Made by a program: the position numbers and the translations under genes. From assembly GCF_000039765.1 (NCBI RefSeq), contig NC_004459.3:1500001-1532000 (forward strand): 32,000 bases of DNA, written 5' to 3'. This DNA is from Vibrio vulnificus CMCP6 (GTDB lineage Bacteria; Pseudomonadota; Gammaproteobacteria; Enterobacterales; Vibrionaceae). Positions 9,132 to 19,074 of this stretch are shown piece after piece (the first letter of the stretch is position 1; every line of letters begins with the position of its first letter). Under the pieces are notes generated by a model, which saw only the letters and a program-made list of their open reading frames with translations, was not told the DNA's origin and did no database searches.

Positions 9132-9295
9132 AATTGAGCGAGAAAATGTTTTTTTCTCAGCGAAATGACATTAAGTCGCTTACATTTCCACAAATTCTTC
9201 AGGTAAATCGTTTGCAGTCGAGAGATTGCTTTGCGAAAATAATCGCCACTCGATTTTCTATGTTATCAATTCGCTTAATGCACTCAGGAGCAGAC

Positions 9296-11290
9296 ATGCC
9301 TTCTCGTAAACATCTCGCTAATGCAATCCGCGCACTCAGCATGGACGGCGTACAAAAAGCAAACTCAGGCCACCCAGGCGCACCTATGGGTATGGCGGAC
9401 ATCGCTGAAGTTCTTTGGCGCGGCCACCTAAACCACAACCCATCAAACCCTGAATGGGCTGACCGCGACCGTTTCGTACTGTCTAACGGCCACGGCTCTA
9501 TGCTGATTTACTCGCTACTGCACCTTAGCGGTTACGAGCTATCTATCGACGACCTAAAGAACTTCCGTCAATTGCACTCTAAGACTCCAGGTCACCCAGA
9601 GTACGGCTACGCACCGGGCATCGAAACAACAACTGGCCCGCTAGGTCAAGGCATCACCAACGCGGTTGGAATGGCAATGGCTGAGAAAGCGCTCGCAGCG
9701 CAGTTCAACAAACCTGGCCACGACATCGTTGACCACTTCACTTACGTGTTCATGGGCGACGGCTGTCTGATGGAAGGTATCTCGCACGAGGCATGTTCTC
9801 TAGCGGGTACGCTAGGCCTTGGTAAACTGATTGCATTCTGGGATGACAACGGCATCTCTATCGATGGTCACGTTGAAGGCTGGTTCTCTGACGATACGCC
9901 TAAGCGTTTTGAAGCATACGGCTGGCACGTCATCCCAGCAGTAGACGGTCACAATGCGGAAGCGATCAACGCAGCAATTGAAGCCGCTAAAGCAGATCCT
10001 CGCCCAACTCTAATTTGTACTAAGACTATCATCGGTTTTGGTTCACCAAACAAATCGGGTTCACATGACTGTCACGGTGCACCACTAGGCGCGGAAGAAA
10101 TTGCAGCGGCACGTGAATTCCTAGGTTGGGAACACCCTGCATTTGAAATCCCTGCTGATGTATACGCAGAGTGGGATGCAAAAGCAGCTGGCGCTGAAAA
10201 AGAAGCGGCGTGGAACGCGAAGTTCGATGCGTACGCAGCGGCTTACCCAACAGAAGCAGCAGAGCTTAAGCGTCGTCTAAACGGTGAACTTCCTGCAGAG
10301 TGGGAAGAGAAAGCAAACCAAATCATTGCCGATCTTCAAGCAAACCCAGCGAACATCGCATCACGTAAAGCATCGCAAAACGCGCTAGAAGCGTTTGGTA
10401 AAATGCTGCCAGAATTCATGGGCGGCTCTGCTGACCTAGCGCCTTCTAACCTCACCATGTGGTCGGGTTCTAAGTCGCTAGAAGCCAACGACTTCTCTGG
10501 TAACTACATCCACTACGGTGTACGTGAATTCGGTATGACTGCGATCATGAACGGTATCGCACTACACGGTGGTTTCGTACCTTACGGCGCAACCTTCCTA
10601 ATGTTCATGGAATACGCACGTAACGCAATGCGTATGGCGGCTCTGATGAAAGTGCAAAACATCCAAGTGTACACGCACGATTCTATCGGTCTTGGCGAAG
10701 ATGGCCCAACTCACCAACCCGTTGAGCAAATCGCATCGCTACGTCTAACGCCAAACATGAGCACATGGCGTCCATGTGACCAAGTGGAATCTGCAGTGGC
10801 ATGGAAACTGGCGATTGAACGTAAAGATGGTCCATCAGCACTGATTTTCTCTCGTCAAAACCTAGCACAGCAACCACGCAGCGCTGAGCAAGTGGCAGAC
10901 ATCGCCAAAGGTGGTTACATCCTGAAAGACAGCGATGGTAAGCCTGAGCTCATCCTAATCGCAACGGGTTCAGAAGTTGAGCTAGCAGTGAAAGCGGCAG
11001 AACAACTAACCGCTGAAGGTAAGAAAGTACGTGTGGTTTCAATGCCTGCTACTGATACTTTCGACAAACAAGACGCGGCTTACCGTGAAGCAGTACTGCC
11101 ATCAGACGTAACGGCACGTATCGCTATCGAAGCGGGTATTGCTGACTTCTGGTACAAGTACGTTGGCTTCGACGGTCGCATCATCGGTATGACGACTTTC
11201 GGTGAATCAGCACCAGCAGATCAACTGTTCGAAATGTTCGGTTTTACGGTAGAAAATGTGGTGAACACAGCGAAAGAACTTCTCGCGTAA
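9296..11290 (+). CDS. tkt: Transketolase
   Basis: The homologous N-terminus is [28 protein letters not shown]. The ATG at 9296 has AGGAG 6 nt upstream. At 664 aa it is colinear with E. coli TktA. The 54-codon upstream extension in the ORF track has no homology support. Confidence 0.95.
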   Translation: MPSRKHLANAIRALSMDGVQKANSGHPGAPMGMADIAEVLWRGHLNHNPSNPEWADRDRFVLSNGHGSMLIYSLLHLSGYELSIDDLKNFRQLHSKTPGHPEYGYAPGIETTTGPLGQGITNAVGMAMAEKALAAQFNKPGHDIVDHFTYVFMGDGCLMEGISHEACSLAGTLGLGKLIAFWDDNGISIDGHVEGWFSDDTPKRFEAYGWHVIPAVDGHNAEAINAAIEAAKADPRPTLICTKTIIGFGSPNKSGSHDCHGAPLGAEEIAAAREFLGWEHPAFEIPADVYAEWDAKAAGAEKEAAWNAKFDAYAAAYPTEAAELKRRLNGELPAEWEEKANQIIADLQANPANIASRKASQNALEAFGKMLPEFMGGSADLAPSNLTMWSGSKSLEANDFSGNYIHYGVREFGMTAIMNGIALHGGFVPYGATFLMFMEYARNAMRMAALMKVQNIQVYTHDSIGLGEDGPTHQPVEQIASLRLTPNMSTWRPCDQVESAVAWKLAIERKDGPSALIFSRQNLAQQPRSAEQVADIAKGGYILKDSDGKPELILIATGSEVELAVKAAEQLTAEGKKVRVVSMPATDTFDKQDAAYREAVLPSDVTARIAIEAGIADFWYKYVGFDGRIIGMTTFGESAPADQLFEMFGFTVENVVNTAKELLA

Positions 11291-11307
11291 GCTGAAGAAG
11301 ATAAAAG

Positions 11308-11337
11308 AAAAACCGAGCGTCAAAGCTCGGTTTTTTT
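11308..11337. terminator. Bidirectional Rho-independent terminator between tkt and the zinc-ribbon gene
   Basis: Stem ccgagc (11313-11318) pairs with gctcgg (11325-11330). It is flanked by an A-run and T7. Confidence 0.8.
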
Positions 11338-11341
11338 GTGC

Positions 11342-11578
11342 CTATTCAAATTCTTTTCCCCAATTGTCCTTCTCTTTGTGCCCACATTCCTTGCAGGTGA
11401 CATAGCGATCCATATCGTAATAGTGACCGCCATTTATCAGGGTATGAGCCCAAAGCTTTAAAGTTCCAAGAATCGTTTTATCCGTATCATAGCGACTTGG
11501 CTTACGGACCAGCACTTCTGAGTGCGGTGTTTCTTTATTGCATCGCTTGCAAAAGTGAGCAGCGGGAAAACCAGACAT
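11342..11578 (-). CDS. Small zinc-ribbon protein (CxxC...CxxC), function unknown
   Basis: 78 aa from the ATG at 11578, which has AAGGAAA 7 nt upstream. The ORF track start at 11605 is a TTG. Two CxxC pairs are present (CKRC and CKEC). Confidence 0.6.
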   Translation of the reverse strand: MSGFPAAHFCKRCNKETPHSEVLVRKPSRYDTDKTILGTLKLWAHTLINGGHYYDMDRYVTCKECGHKEKDNWGKEFE

Positions 11579-11778
11579 ACGCGTTTCCTTTTGGTGATCA
11601 AACAAGGAGCTAAAGTGCCAAGTGAAATACGCGACGTCTCAATTCAATATATTGGTGAAATGAATGTCTCTGGAAGTGAAAAGAGAGTTTACCGCGACTG
11701 AGATCACTTACTTAATGCGTTTAGCCCGCGTATCGGGTACTATCTGTGACACGAAATTTTTGGTGAGGCGAAGGATAG

Positions 11779-12819
11779 ATGCTAAAAGTTGCGATCAATG
11801 GATTTGGACGTATCGGTCGTAATGTTCTGCGCGCCGTGTATGAAAGCGGTAAGCATCAACAAATTAAAGTGGTCGCGGTTAATGAGCTTGCTCAACCAGA
11901 AGCCATGGCTCACTTGCTACAATATGACACCAGTCATGGCCGTTTTGGCAAGAGAATCTCCCACGATCAAGAACATCTCTACGTTCACCATGACGCCTGC
12001 CCTCAAGGTAAGGGAGAGTTTGACTCTATCCGTATTCTGCACCTTTCCGAAATCAATCTTCTGCCATGGCGTGACCTCGAGGTCGATCTGGTCCTCGATT
12101 GTACGGGCGTGTTTGGTTGCCAGGCTGATGGGCTAGAGCACATCAAAGCCGGAGCGAAGAAAGTGCTGTTTTCGCATCCAGGTGCCAGTGATCTAGACAA
12201 CACCATCATCTATGGTGTGAACCATGAAACCTTGAAAGCTGAGCACAACGTCGTTTCCAACGGTTCGTGTACCACTAACTGTATTGTGCCGATCATTAAA
12301 GTGTTGGACGAGGCATTTGGCATTGAATCTGGCACCATTACCACCATTCACTCTTCGATGAATGATCAACAAGTGATTGATGCCTACCATAGCGATTTAC
12401 GCCGCACCCGAGCCGCAAGCCAATCCATTATTCCGGTGGATACCAAGTTGCATAAGGGAATTGAAAGAATCTTCCCGAAATTTTCCAACAAATTTGAAGC
12501 TATTTCAGTGAGAGTGCCGACAGTAAACGTCACTGCAATGGATTTAAGTGTCACGATTAATACAAATGTGAAAGTTAATGACGTAAATCAAACCATTGTT
12601 AACGCATCTCAGTGTACATTACGTGGCATTGTTGACTATACTGAAGCGCCGCTCGTTTCCATCGACTTTAATCACGATCCCCATAGCGCGATTGTCGATG
12701 GTAGCCAAACTCGAGTCAGTAACGGGCATTTGGTGAAAATGCTGGTTTGGTGCGATAACGAATGGGGCTTTGCGAACCGTATGCTGGATACTGCGCTCGC
12801 AATGCAAGCTGCCCAATAG
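11779..12819 (+). CDS. epd: D-erythrose-4-phosphate dehydrogenase
   Basis: A GAPDH-family protein (INGFGRIGR, catalytic SCTTNC). The epd-pgk-fbaA arrangement matches E. coli. Confidence 0.9.
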   Translation: MLKVAINGFGRIGRNVLRAVYESGKHQQIKVVAVNELAQPEAMAHLLQYDTSHGRFGKRISHDQEHLYVHHDACPQGKGEFDSIRILHLSEINLLPWRDLEVDLVLDCTGVFGCQADGLEHIKAGAKKVLFSHPGASDLDNTIIYGVNHETLKAEHNVVSNGSCTTNCIVPIIKVLDEAFGIESGTITTIHSSMNDQQVIDAYHSDLRRTRAASQSIIPVDTKLHKGIERIFPKFSNKFEAISVRVPTVNVTAMDLSVTINTNVKVNDVNQTIVNASQCTLRGIVDYTEAPLVSIDFNHDPHSAIVDGSQTRVSNGHLVKMLVWCDNEWGFANRMLDTALAMQAAQ

Positions 12820-12969
12820 TCGTATCGGCAGCGTCGGAGAGAATTTATTTTTAGCCTTGAAATAAATTCGTAATGACTCCATATCAATAACCAGTTTGAA
12901 GAATTAACAGGCTTGGCAGGGTTGCCGAGTTTTCAAAAACTTTATTTTTAATATTTGAGAGGACACATC

Positions 12970-14130
12970 ATGTCTGTAATCAAGATGACTGACCTGGATC
13001 TAGCAGGTAAACGTGTATTCATCCGTGCTGACCTAAACGTGCCAGTAAAAGACGGTAAAGTAACTTCTGATGCACGTATCATCGCATCTCTTCCTACTAT
13101 CAAGCTATGTCTAGAAGCTGGCGCGAAAGTAATGGTCACTTCTCACCTAGGTCGTCCTACTGAAGGTGAATACGCAGAAGAGTTCTCTCTACAACCAGTT
13201 GTTAACTACCTAAACGACGCGCTAGATTGCGAAGTGAAACTGGCTAAAGATTACCTAGATGGTCTTGAGCTAAACGCTGGTGAACTTGTTGTTCTTGAAA
13301 ACGTTCGCTTTAACAAAGGCGAGAAGAAAAACGACGAAGAACTTTCTAAGAAATACGCGGCACTATGTGACGTATTCGTAATGGATGCATTCGGTACGGC
13401 TCACCGTGCACAAGCGTCAACTCACGGTGTGGGTATGTTTGCTGAAGTAGCGTGTGCTGGTCCTCTACTTGCTGCTGAACTAGAAGCACTAGGCAAAGCA
13501 ATGAGCAACCCAGAGCGCCCGCTAGTTGCTATCGTTGGTGGTTCAAAAGTGTCTACTAAACTAACGGTTCTTGAGTCACTATCTAAAATCGCTGACCAAC
13601 TTGTTGTTGGTGGTGGTATCGCGAACACATTCATCGCAGCTGAAGGTCACAATGTAGGTAAGTCTCTATACGAAGCGGATCTTGTTGAAACTGCACAAAA
13701 ACTGATGAAAGAGTGTGCAATTCCTGTCGCGACTGACGTAGCGTGTGCAAAAGCATTCGACGAGAATGCAGAAGCGGAAATTAAACATGTTTCTGAAGTA
13801 CAAGACGATGACATGATCTTCGACCTTGGTCCAGACTCAACGGCTGCACTAGCTGAAATCATCGCAAATGCGAAAACTATCCTGTGGAATGGCCCTGTTG
13901 GTGTATTCGAGTTCAAAAACTTCGAAGCGGGTACTAAAGGTATTTCTGAAGCGATCGCTCAGTCTCCAGCATTCTCTGTAGCAGGCGGCGGTGACACTCT
14001 AGCGGCTATCGACAAGTTCGGTATCAAAGCAGACGTATCTTACATCTCTACTGGCGGTGGTGCGTTCCTTGAGTTTGTAGAAGGTAAAGTACTTCCAGCA
14101 GTTGAAATGCTAGAAGCACGCGCTAAGTAA
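12970..14130 (+). CDS. pgk: Phosphoglycerate kinase
   Basis: [25 protein letters not shown] begins at the ATG at 12970, preceded by GAGAGGA. It is colinear with enterobacterial Pgk. Confidence 0.97.
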   Translation: MSVIKMTDLDLAGKRVFIRADLNVPVKDGKVTSDARIIASLPTIKLCLEAGAKVMVTSHLGRPTEGEYAEEFSLQPVVNYLNDALDCEVKLAKDYLDGLELNAGELVVLENVRFNKGEKKNDEELSKKYAALCDVFVMDAFGTAHRAQASTHGVGMFAEVACAGPLLAAELEALGKAMSNPERPLVAIVGGSKVSTKLTVLESLSKIADQLVVGGGIANTFIAAEGHNVGKSLYEADLVETAQKLMKECAIPVATDVACAKAFDENAEAEIKHVSEVQDDDMIFDLGPDSTAALAEIIANAKTILWNGPVGVFEFKNFEAGTKGISEAIAQSPAFSVAGGGDTLAAIDKFGIKADVSYISTGGGAFLEFVEGKVLPAVEMLEARAK

Positions 14131-14140
14131 TTAAACGAAG

Positions 14141-14170
14141 GCGGGGGTAACTCTCCCGCTTTCTTGTTTG
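14141..14170 (+). terminator. Intrinsic terminator/attenuator hairpin between pgk and fbaA
   Basis: Stem gcggggg (14141-14147) pairs with ctcccgc (14153-14159), including one G-U pair, followed by the T-rich tttcttgttt. Confidence 0.55.
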
Positions 14171-14186
14171 CGGCACATCTCATTTT

Positions 14187-14195
14187 TGCTAGAAT
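14187..14195 (+). promoter_or_regulatory. Candidate extended -10 promoter for fbaA
   Basis: TGcTAGAAT matches the TGnTATAAT pattern at 8 of 9 positions. It lies 85 nt upstream of the fbaA ATG and just after the pgk terminator. Confidence 0.45.
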
Positions 14196-14207
14196 AGCGC
14201 GAGTTGT

Positions 14208-14223
14208 GAGCAAACGTTTGCAA
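14208..14223. promoter_or_regulatory. LacI-family type palindrome (PurR-like core GCAAACGTTTGC) just downstream of the candidate fbaA promoter
   Basis: gaGCAAACGTTTGCaa has a perfect 12-bp palindrome core with a central CG. Confidence 0.4.
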
Positions 14224-14279
14224 GAATTTAAACTTAACGAGTTTTATTTTTAAAACGACAGATAAATAGGATTACATCC

Positions 14280-15356
14280 ATGTCTAAGATCTTCGATTTC
14301 GTAAAACCAGGTGTTATCTCTGGTGATGACGTTCAGAAAGTATTTGAAGTAGCAAAAGAAAACAACTTCGCTCTTCCTGCTGTAAACGTAGTAAACACTG
14401 ACTCAATCAACGGTGTTCTTGAAGCAGCTTCTAAAGTGAAAGCGCCAGTTGTTGTTCAGTTCTCTAACGGCGGTGCTGCTTTCTTCGCTGGTAAAGGCGT
14501 GAAACTTGAAGGTCAAGGTGCTCAAATCCTTGGTGCTATCGCTGGTGCGAAATACGTACACGCAGTTGCTGAAGCTTACGGTGTGCCAGTAATCCTACAC
14601 ACTGACCACGCTGCTAAGAAGCTACTTCCATGGATCGACGGTCTACTAGACGCAGGTGAAGAGTTCTTCGCTCAAACTGGTAAGCCTCTATTCTCTTCTC
14701 ATATGATTGACCTTTCTGAAGAGTCTCTAGAAGAGAACATCGAAATCTGTGCTAAGTACCTAGCGCGTATGGAAAAAATGGGTATGACTCTAGAGTTTGA
14801 ACTAGGTTGTACTGGTGGTGAAGAAGACGGCGTAGACAACTCTCACATGGATCAGTCTGAGCTATACACTTCTCCAGAAGACGTTGCTTACGCTTACGAG
14901 AAACTGATCCCAATCAGCCACCGTTTCACTATCGCAGCATCTTTCGGTAACGTGCACGGTGTTTACCAAGCAGGTAACGTTGTTCTAACTCCAACTATCC
15001 TACGTGATTCTCAAGCTTACTGTTCTGAGAAATTTGGTATTGCTCCAAACGCACTAAACTTCGTATTCCACGGTGGTTCTGGTTCTTCTGAAGCAGAAAT
15101 CAAAGAGTCTATCAGCTACGGTGTTATCAAAATGAACATCGATACTGATACTCAGTGGGCAACTTGGGATGGTATTCGTCAATACGAAGCGAAGAACCAC
15201 GATTACCTTCAAGGTCAAATCGGTAACCCAACTGGCGAATCTGCGCCAAACAAGAAATACTACGATCCACGTGTATGGCTACGTGCTGGCCAAGAGTCAA
15301 TGGTTGCTCGTCTAGAGAAAGCATTCGCTGACCTTAACGCAGTTGACGTACTGTAA
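14280..15356 (+). CDS. fbaA: Class II fructose-1,6-bisphosphate aldolase
   Basis: 358 aa, colinear with E. coli FbaA (MSKIFDFVKPGV..., HTDHAAKK, FHGGSGS). Confidence 0.97.
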   Translation: MSKIFDFVKPGVISGDDVQKVFEVAKENNFALPAVNVVNTDSINGVLEAASKVKAPVVVQFSNGGAAFFAGKGVKLEGQGAQILGAIAGAKYVHAVAEAYGVPVILHTDHAAKKLLPWIDGLLDAGEEFFAQTGKPLFSSHMIDLSEESLEENIEICAKYLARMEKMGMTLEFELGCTGGEEDGVDNSHMDQSELYTSPEDVAYAYEKLIPISHRFTIAASFGNVHGVYQAGNVVLTPTILRDSQAYCSEKFGIAPNALNFVFHGGSGSSEAEIKESISYGVIKMNIDTDTQWATWDGIRQYEAKNHDYLQGQIGNPTGESAPNKKYYDPRVWLRAGQESMVARLEKAFADLNAVDVL

Positions 15357-15380
15357 TTCTGAACAGAATGATTTGCAGAC

Positions 15381-15408
15381 AAAACCCGCTCTCTGAGCGG
15401 GTTTTTTT
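15381..15408 (+). terminator. Rho-independent terminator of fbaA
   Basis: Stem cccgct (15385-15390) pairs with agcggg (15396-15401) around loop ctctg, followed by T7. Confidence 0.85.
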
Positions 15409-15651
15409 ATACCACTTGCTGACGGATAGAAAAACTCTGGCACAGTTTGAAATAATTGCTTAATCTTGATCAGCGATATTGAACGGAGTGTAAATCTCTG
15501 TTTTGACAGCTTTTGCAAAAACCTGACTTTGCAAAATGTCAAAAATGAGATATCGTGCCAAAATTCTGACGCACATTCAGATGACTAACAAGAACGGGCG
15601 TATATATAACGCCAGTACCATTTTTAAAGTCATAACTTGAGGAATAACATT

Positions 15652-16515
15652 ATGGCAGGTGAAACAGTGGGGATTGATACCTCATTAGTGGATGGTCTAA
15701 ATCAGGCTGAAACTTGGCTAACCAACAATTCAGATCTACTGATTCAGTACGGTGTGAACATTATTTCTGCGATCGTCATTCTGTTCATTGGTAACATCAT
15801 TGTGAAAGCCGTTGCGAACAGTGTATCGAAAGTTCTTAATAAGAAAGAAATGGACAAAGCGGTTGTGGAGTTTATCCACGGTTTAGTTCGTTACTTGCTG
15901 TTTGTTATCGTATTGATTGCCGCTTTAGGCCGTGTTGGTGTTGAAACCGCCTCTGTTGTTGCAGTGATCGGTGCGGCGGGTCTTGCTGTTGGTCTTGCTT
16001 TGCAAGGTTCTCTATCAAACTTTGCTGCTGGTGTTTTGATCGTTGCATTCCGTCCGTTTAAATCGGGTGACTACGTGGAAATCGGTGGTGTAGCGGGTTC
16101 TGTTGAAGCGATTCAGATCTTCCAAACGGTCTTGAAAACTCCTGACAACAAGATGGTGGTTGTACCTAACTCAGGTGTGATTGGTGGTGCGATCACTAAC
16201 TATTCTCGCCATGCAACACGACGTGTCGATCTAATGATCGGTGTTTCATACAAATCGGATCTGAAGAAAACGAAACAAGTGATCCGTGAGACGCTAGAAA
16301 AAGATGCGCGTATTTTGAAAGATCCAGACATGACGATCGGTGTTGTCGCCCTGGCAGACTCATCAGTGAACTTCGTGGTACGCCCATGGTGTAAAACAGA
16401 AGATTATTGGAATGTTTACTTTGATTCTATGCAAGCTATCAAAGAAGCACTGGATGCGAATGGCATCGAAATTCCATTCCCACAAATGGATGTGCACCTA
16501 AACAAGGTGGACTAA
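15652..16515 (+). CDS. mscS: Small-conductance mechanosensitive channel MscS
   Basis: Colinear with E. coli MscS (GRVGVETASVVAVIGAAGLAVGLALQGSLSNFAAGVLIV...). The ATG at 15652 has GAGGA 9 nt upstream. Confidence 0.93.
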   Translation: MAGETVGIDTSLVDGLNQAETWLTNNSDLLIQYGVNIISAIVILFIGNIIVKAVANSVSKVLNKKEMDKAVVEFIHGLVRYLLFVIVLIAALGRVGVETASVVAVIGAAGLAVGLALQGSLSNFAAGVLIVAFRPFKSGDYVEIGGVAGSVEAIQIFQTVLKTPDNKMVVVPNSGVIGGAITNYSRHATRRVDLMIGVSYKSDLKKTKQVIRETLEKDARILKDPDMTIGVVALADSSVNFVVRPWCKTEDYWNVYFDSMQAIKEALDANGIEIPFPQMDVHLNKVD

Positions 16516-16525
16516 ATCCAAATCG

Positions 16526-16555
16526 AAAAAAGCGAGGTTACGACCTCGCTTTTTT
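16526..16555. terminator. Bidirectional Rho-independent terminator between mscS and argO
   Basis: Stem agcgaggt (16531-16538) pairs with acctcgct (16543-16550) around loop tacg. It is flanked by A5 and T5. Confidence 0.85.
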
Positions 16556-16583
16556 GTTTCCGTCAAAGCACGGTTTATTGCTG

Positions 16584-17204
16584 TTAAGCCAAAAGAGACT
16601 TAGTAAGAAGCGCAGCGATGGTAAACATCATAGCCGCCACCGCAATGTCGATCCCTCTCTTCACTTTAGGCTTTGATAATGTTGGCCCTAGTTTTGCGGC
16701 ACCCATGGAGAGTGCGTAGAACCAAGTGAACGATGCCAGTGTTGTTCCAATCGCAAAGGCAATGCGATCGTGACCTTCAAATTGGCCGCCAATCGAGCCT
16801 AAAATCACAACCGTATCCAAATACAGATGTGGATTTAATACCGTAACAGCCAAGGCACCCAAAATGACCGTTCTGCGTCCACGAGCAATCACTTCATGAT
16901 GCTTCTCAACTTGCTCGATGGGTTTAAAGGCGCTTTTGAGCGACATCAAACCGTAAACACTGAGAAAGGCAATACCGCCTAATGTCACCACGGTAAGCAG
17001 CAGTTCATTTTGCGAGAGAATAGCACCACCGCCAAAAATACCCAGAGAAATAAACACCATATCTAAGACACTGCAAACAGCTGCAGTCGTTAAATGGTGG
17101 TTACGTTTGATGCCCTGATTGAGAACGAAGGCATTTTGTGCCCCAATGGGAATAATCATGGTGGCACCTAAACCAAAGCCTTGTAGTAACACCCAAAAAT
17201 TCAC
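16584..17204 (-). CDS. argO: LysE-family arginine exporter ArgO
   Basis: Similar to E. coli ArgO (GLGATMIIPIGAQNAFVLNQGI, NPHLYLDTVVILGS). The ORF track start at 17222 is a TTG. The GTG at 17204 has GAGG 6 nt upstream and matches the homolog N-terminus. Confidence 0.85.
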   Translation of the reverse strand: MNFWVLLQGFGLGATMIIPIGAQNAFVLNQGIKRNHHLTTAAVCSVLDMVFISLGIFGGGAILSQNELLLTVVTLGGIAFLSVYGLMSLKSAFKPIEQVEKHHEVIARGRRTVILGALAVTVLNPHLYLDTVVILGSIGGQFEGHDRIAFAIGTTLASFTWFYALSMGAAKLGPTLSKPKVKRGIDIAVAAMMFTIAALLTKSLLA

Positions 17205-17331
17205 GATAAACCTCGGTAACAATGATCTAATGATAAAGAGAATGTGAGCAAGGTATCGTTTTAACTGGCATAAGTATAATTAATGATTTTAATCCTATAT
17301 AAGCAAGACTGATTTGTTTGAGGGAAGTGTA

Positions 17332-18228
17332 ATGCGTGGTTTAGATTACAAATGGATAGAAGCGTTAGATGCTGTCGTTGCACAAGGTGGATTTGAGCGA
17401 GCCGCGGAAGAATTGTACATCTCTCAATCGGCGGTATCACAGAGAATTAAACAACTAGAGCGCTTTTTGGCGCAACCAGTGCTAATACGTGAACAGCCAC
17501 CTAAACCAACACCTGTGGGAAAGAAGTTGTTAGGTTTGTATCGACGCGTGCGCATTCTTGAACATGAGCTGATTCCTGAGCTCATGAACGATGACACAGC
17601 AAAGCCCATTCAACTGGCTTTGGCAACCAACGCGGATAGTTTGGCTACGTGGTTACTGCCAGCACTCAAAGAGGTGATGACACTGCGACAAGTAGAACTT
17701 AATTTAGCCATTTATGGAGAATCTCGCTCCATTGAAAAGCTAAAGAGCGGTGAAGTTGCTGGTGCGATAAGCCTTGAGTCGCAACCCATTGCGGGGTGTA
17801 AAGCCGACTACCTTGGGCGAATGGATTATGTTTGTGTCGCCAGTCCGGATTTTTATCAACGTTATTTTGCTGCAGGGGTGAATTACCAAACGTTGCGTAA
17901 AGCGCCTGCTGTGTCTTATGACCAATATGATGATCTTCATAACCGTTTTTTGCACGACCATTTCAACATCTCTCGCGATTCCATCATCAATCATAATGTT
18001 GGAAGCTCAGAAGCGTTTGTCCGTCTTGCCGTTTCAGGAATTGCCTACTGCTTGATTCCTAAACTGCAAATCGAACAAGAGTTGGCGTCGGGCGTACTGA
18101 TGGACATCACGCCAGGATTTTTATTGTCTTACCGTATTTATTGGCATCATTGGCAGCTAGAGAGCGGGGTGTTGAAGGAAATTTCGCAAGCGATTGTTCA
18201 ATACGCACAAGCTCATTTACCCCAGTAG
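17332..18228 (+). CDS. argP: LysR-family regulator ArgP/IciA
   Basis: The N-terminal HTH region is very close to E. coli ArgP ([32 protein letters not shown]). It is divergent from argO. The ATG at 17332 has GAGGGA upstream. Confidence 0.9.
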   Translation: MRGLDYKWIEALDAVVAQGGFERAAEELYISQSAVSQRIKQLERFLAQPVLIREQPPKPTPVGKKLLGLYRRVRILEHELIPELMNDDTAKPIQLALATNADSLATWLLPALKEVMTLRQVELNLAIYGESRSIEKLKSGEVAGAISLESQPIAGCKADYLGRMDYVCVASPDFYQRYFAAGVNYQTLRKAPAVSYDQYDDLHNRFLHDHFNISRDSIINHNVGSSEAFVRLAVSGIAYCLIPKLQIEQELASGVLMDITPGFLLSYRIYWHHWQLESGVLKEISQAIVQYAQAHLPQ

Positions 18229-18356
18229 AGGCGACTCAGGGGAGCATTAGCACAGAGATAACAGAGTCAAAGTTGTGTAAGAAGTGTTCATGAGATATTG
18301 GTTAATCTGCTAAACCTTCTATTATCAAGACAGTTTCTTTACAGAAGGTTTATGGC

Positions 18357-19049
18357 ATGAAATGGTTTCCTACAAGCGTGGTGCTTTCGGCAAGTTTGGT
18401 CGCGGGTTATGCAATGGCAGAGGCCCCCAACTTCGCTCACCTGTCAACAACGGGTTATGGTGAAGTGGTTGCAAAACCGGATATGGCGATATTTACGGTG
18501 AAAGTGGTGGATTCGACCATGACCGCAGAATCCGCCAAACAGTCAGTTGATACCACAGTGGATGCTTTTTTAGCGGCTTTAACCAAGGCGGGAGTGGATA
18601 AACAGCAAATCACCAGTACCAATCTCTATCTTGCACCTCAATATCATTACCCGAAAAATGAAAAGCCAGACCTCGTTGGTTACCGCGCTTCTCGTAGTGT
18701 TACGGTGAAAGTCGCCAACTTAGCAAACCTTAATGCCTATCTCGATCTTGCGTTGAATGCGGGGATCAATCAGGTAGATAATATTCAGTTGTTGGTTAGT
18801 AACGAGGCGGAATATCAGCAGCAAGCTCGCCTTGAAGCGATTAAAGATGCGCAGCAGAAGGCGGGATTCTTGGCGAAAGGGTTTGGTAAGTCGCTAGGGG
18901 AGGTATGGCAGATCAACTACAACCAACCCAATGTGCAACCAGTGCTGATGCGCACCATGATGATGGACGCAAAATCGGAAAGTAACAGCTATCAAGACTC
19001 AAGCTTAATCATTCGTGATCAAGTCGACGTGACGTATAAGCTTGATTAA
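18357..19049 (+). CDS. yggE: Periplasmic SIMPL/DUF541 protein (YggE-like)
   Basis: 230 aa with a signal peptide. It has SIMPL-domain-like sequence, and its position next to argO/argP matches E. coli yggE. Confidence 0.8.
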   Translation: MKWFPTSVVLSASLVAGYAMAEAPNFAHLSTTGYGEVVAKPDMAIFTVKVVDSTMTAESAKQSVDTTVDAFLAALTKAGVDKQQITSTNLYLAPQYHYPKNEKPDLVGYRASRSVTVKVANLANLNAYLDLALNAGINQVDNIQLLVSNEAEYQQQARLEAIKDAQQKAGFLAKGFGKSLGEVWQINYNQPNVQPVLMRTMMMDAKSESNSYQDSSLIIRDQVDVTYKLD

Positions 19050-19074
19050 GTTTTAGCAAAATGATGAATAAAAT

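Noticed and set aside
9134-9295. A 54-codon N-terminal extension of the transketolase ORF in the six-frame track.
   Set aside because: Homology to transketolases begins at MPSRKHL (ATG 9296), which has a good AGGAG. The extension has no transketolase-like sequence and covers the promoter/leader region.
11745-11760. A CRP half-site, TGTGA, upstream of epd. Similar TGTGAC motifs occur near 28140.
   Set aside because: No matching TCACA half-site lies at the required 6-bp spacing. A single pentamer is not informative.
12914-12925. A sigma-54-like TGGCA...TTGC upstream of pgk.
   Set aside because: The GG-to-GC spacing is 3 nt too short for the TGGCAC-N5-TTGC consensus. A similar TGGCAC at about 15450 lacks any -12 element.
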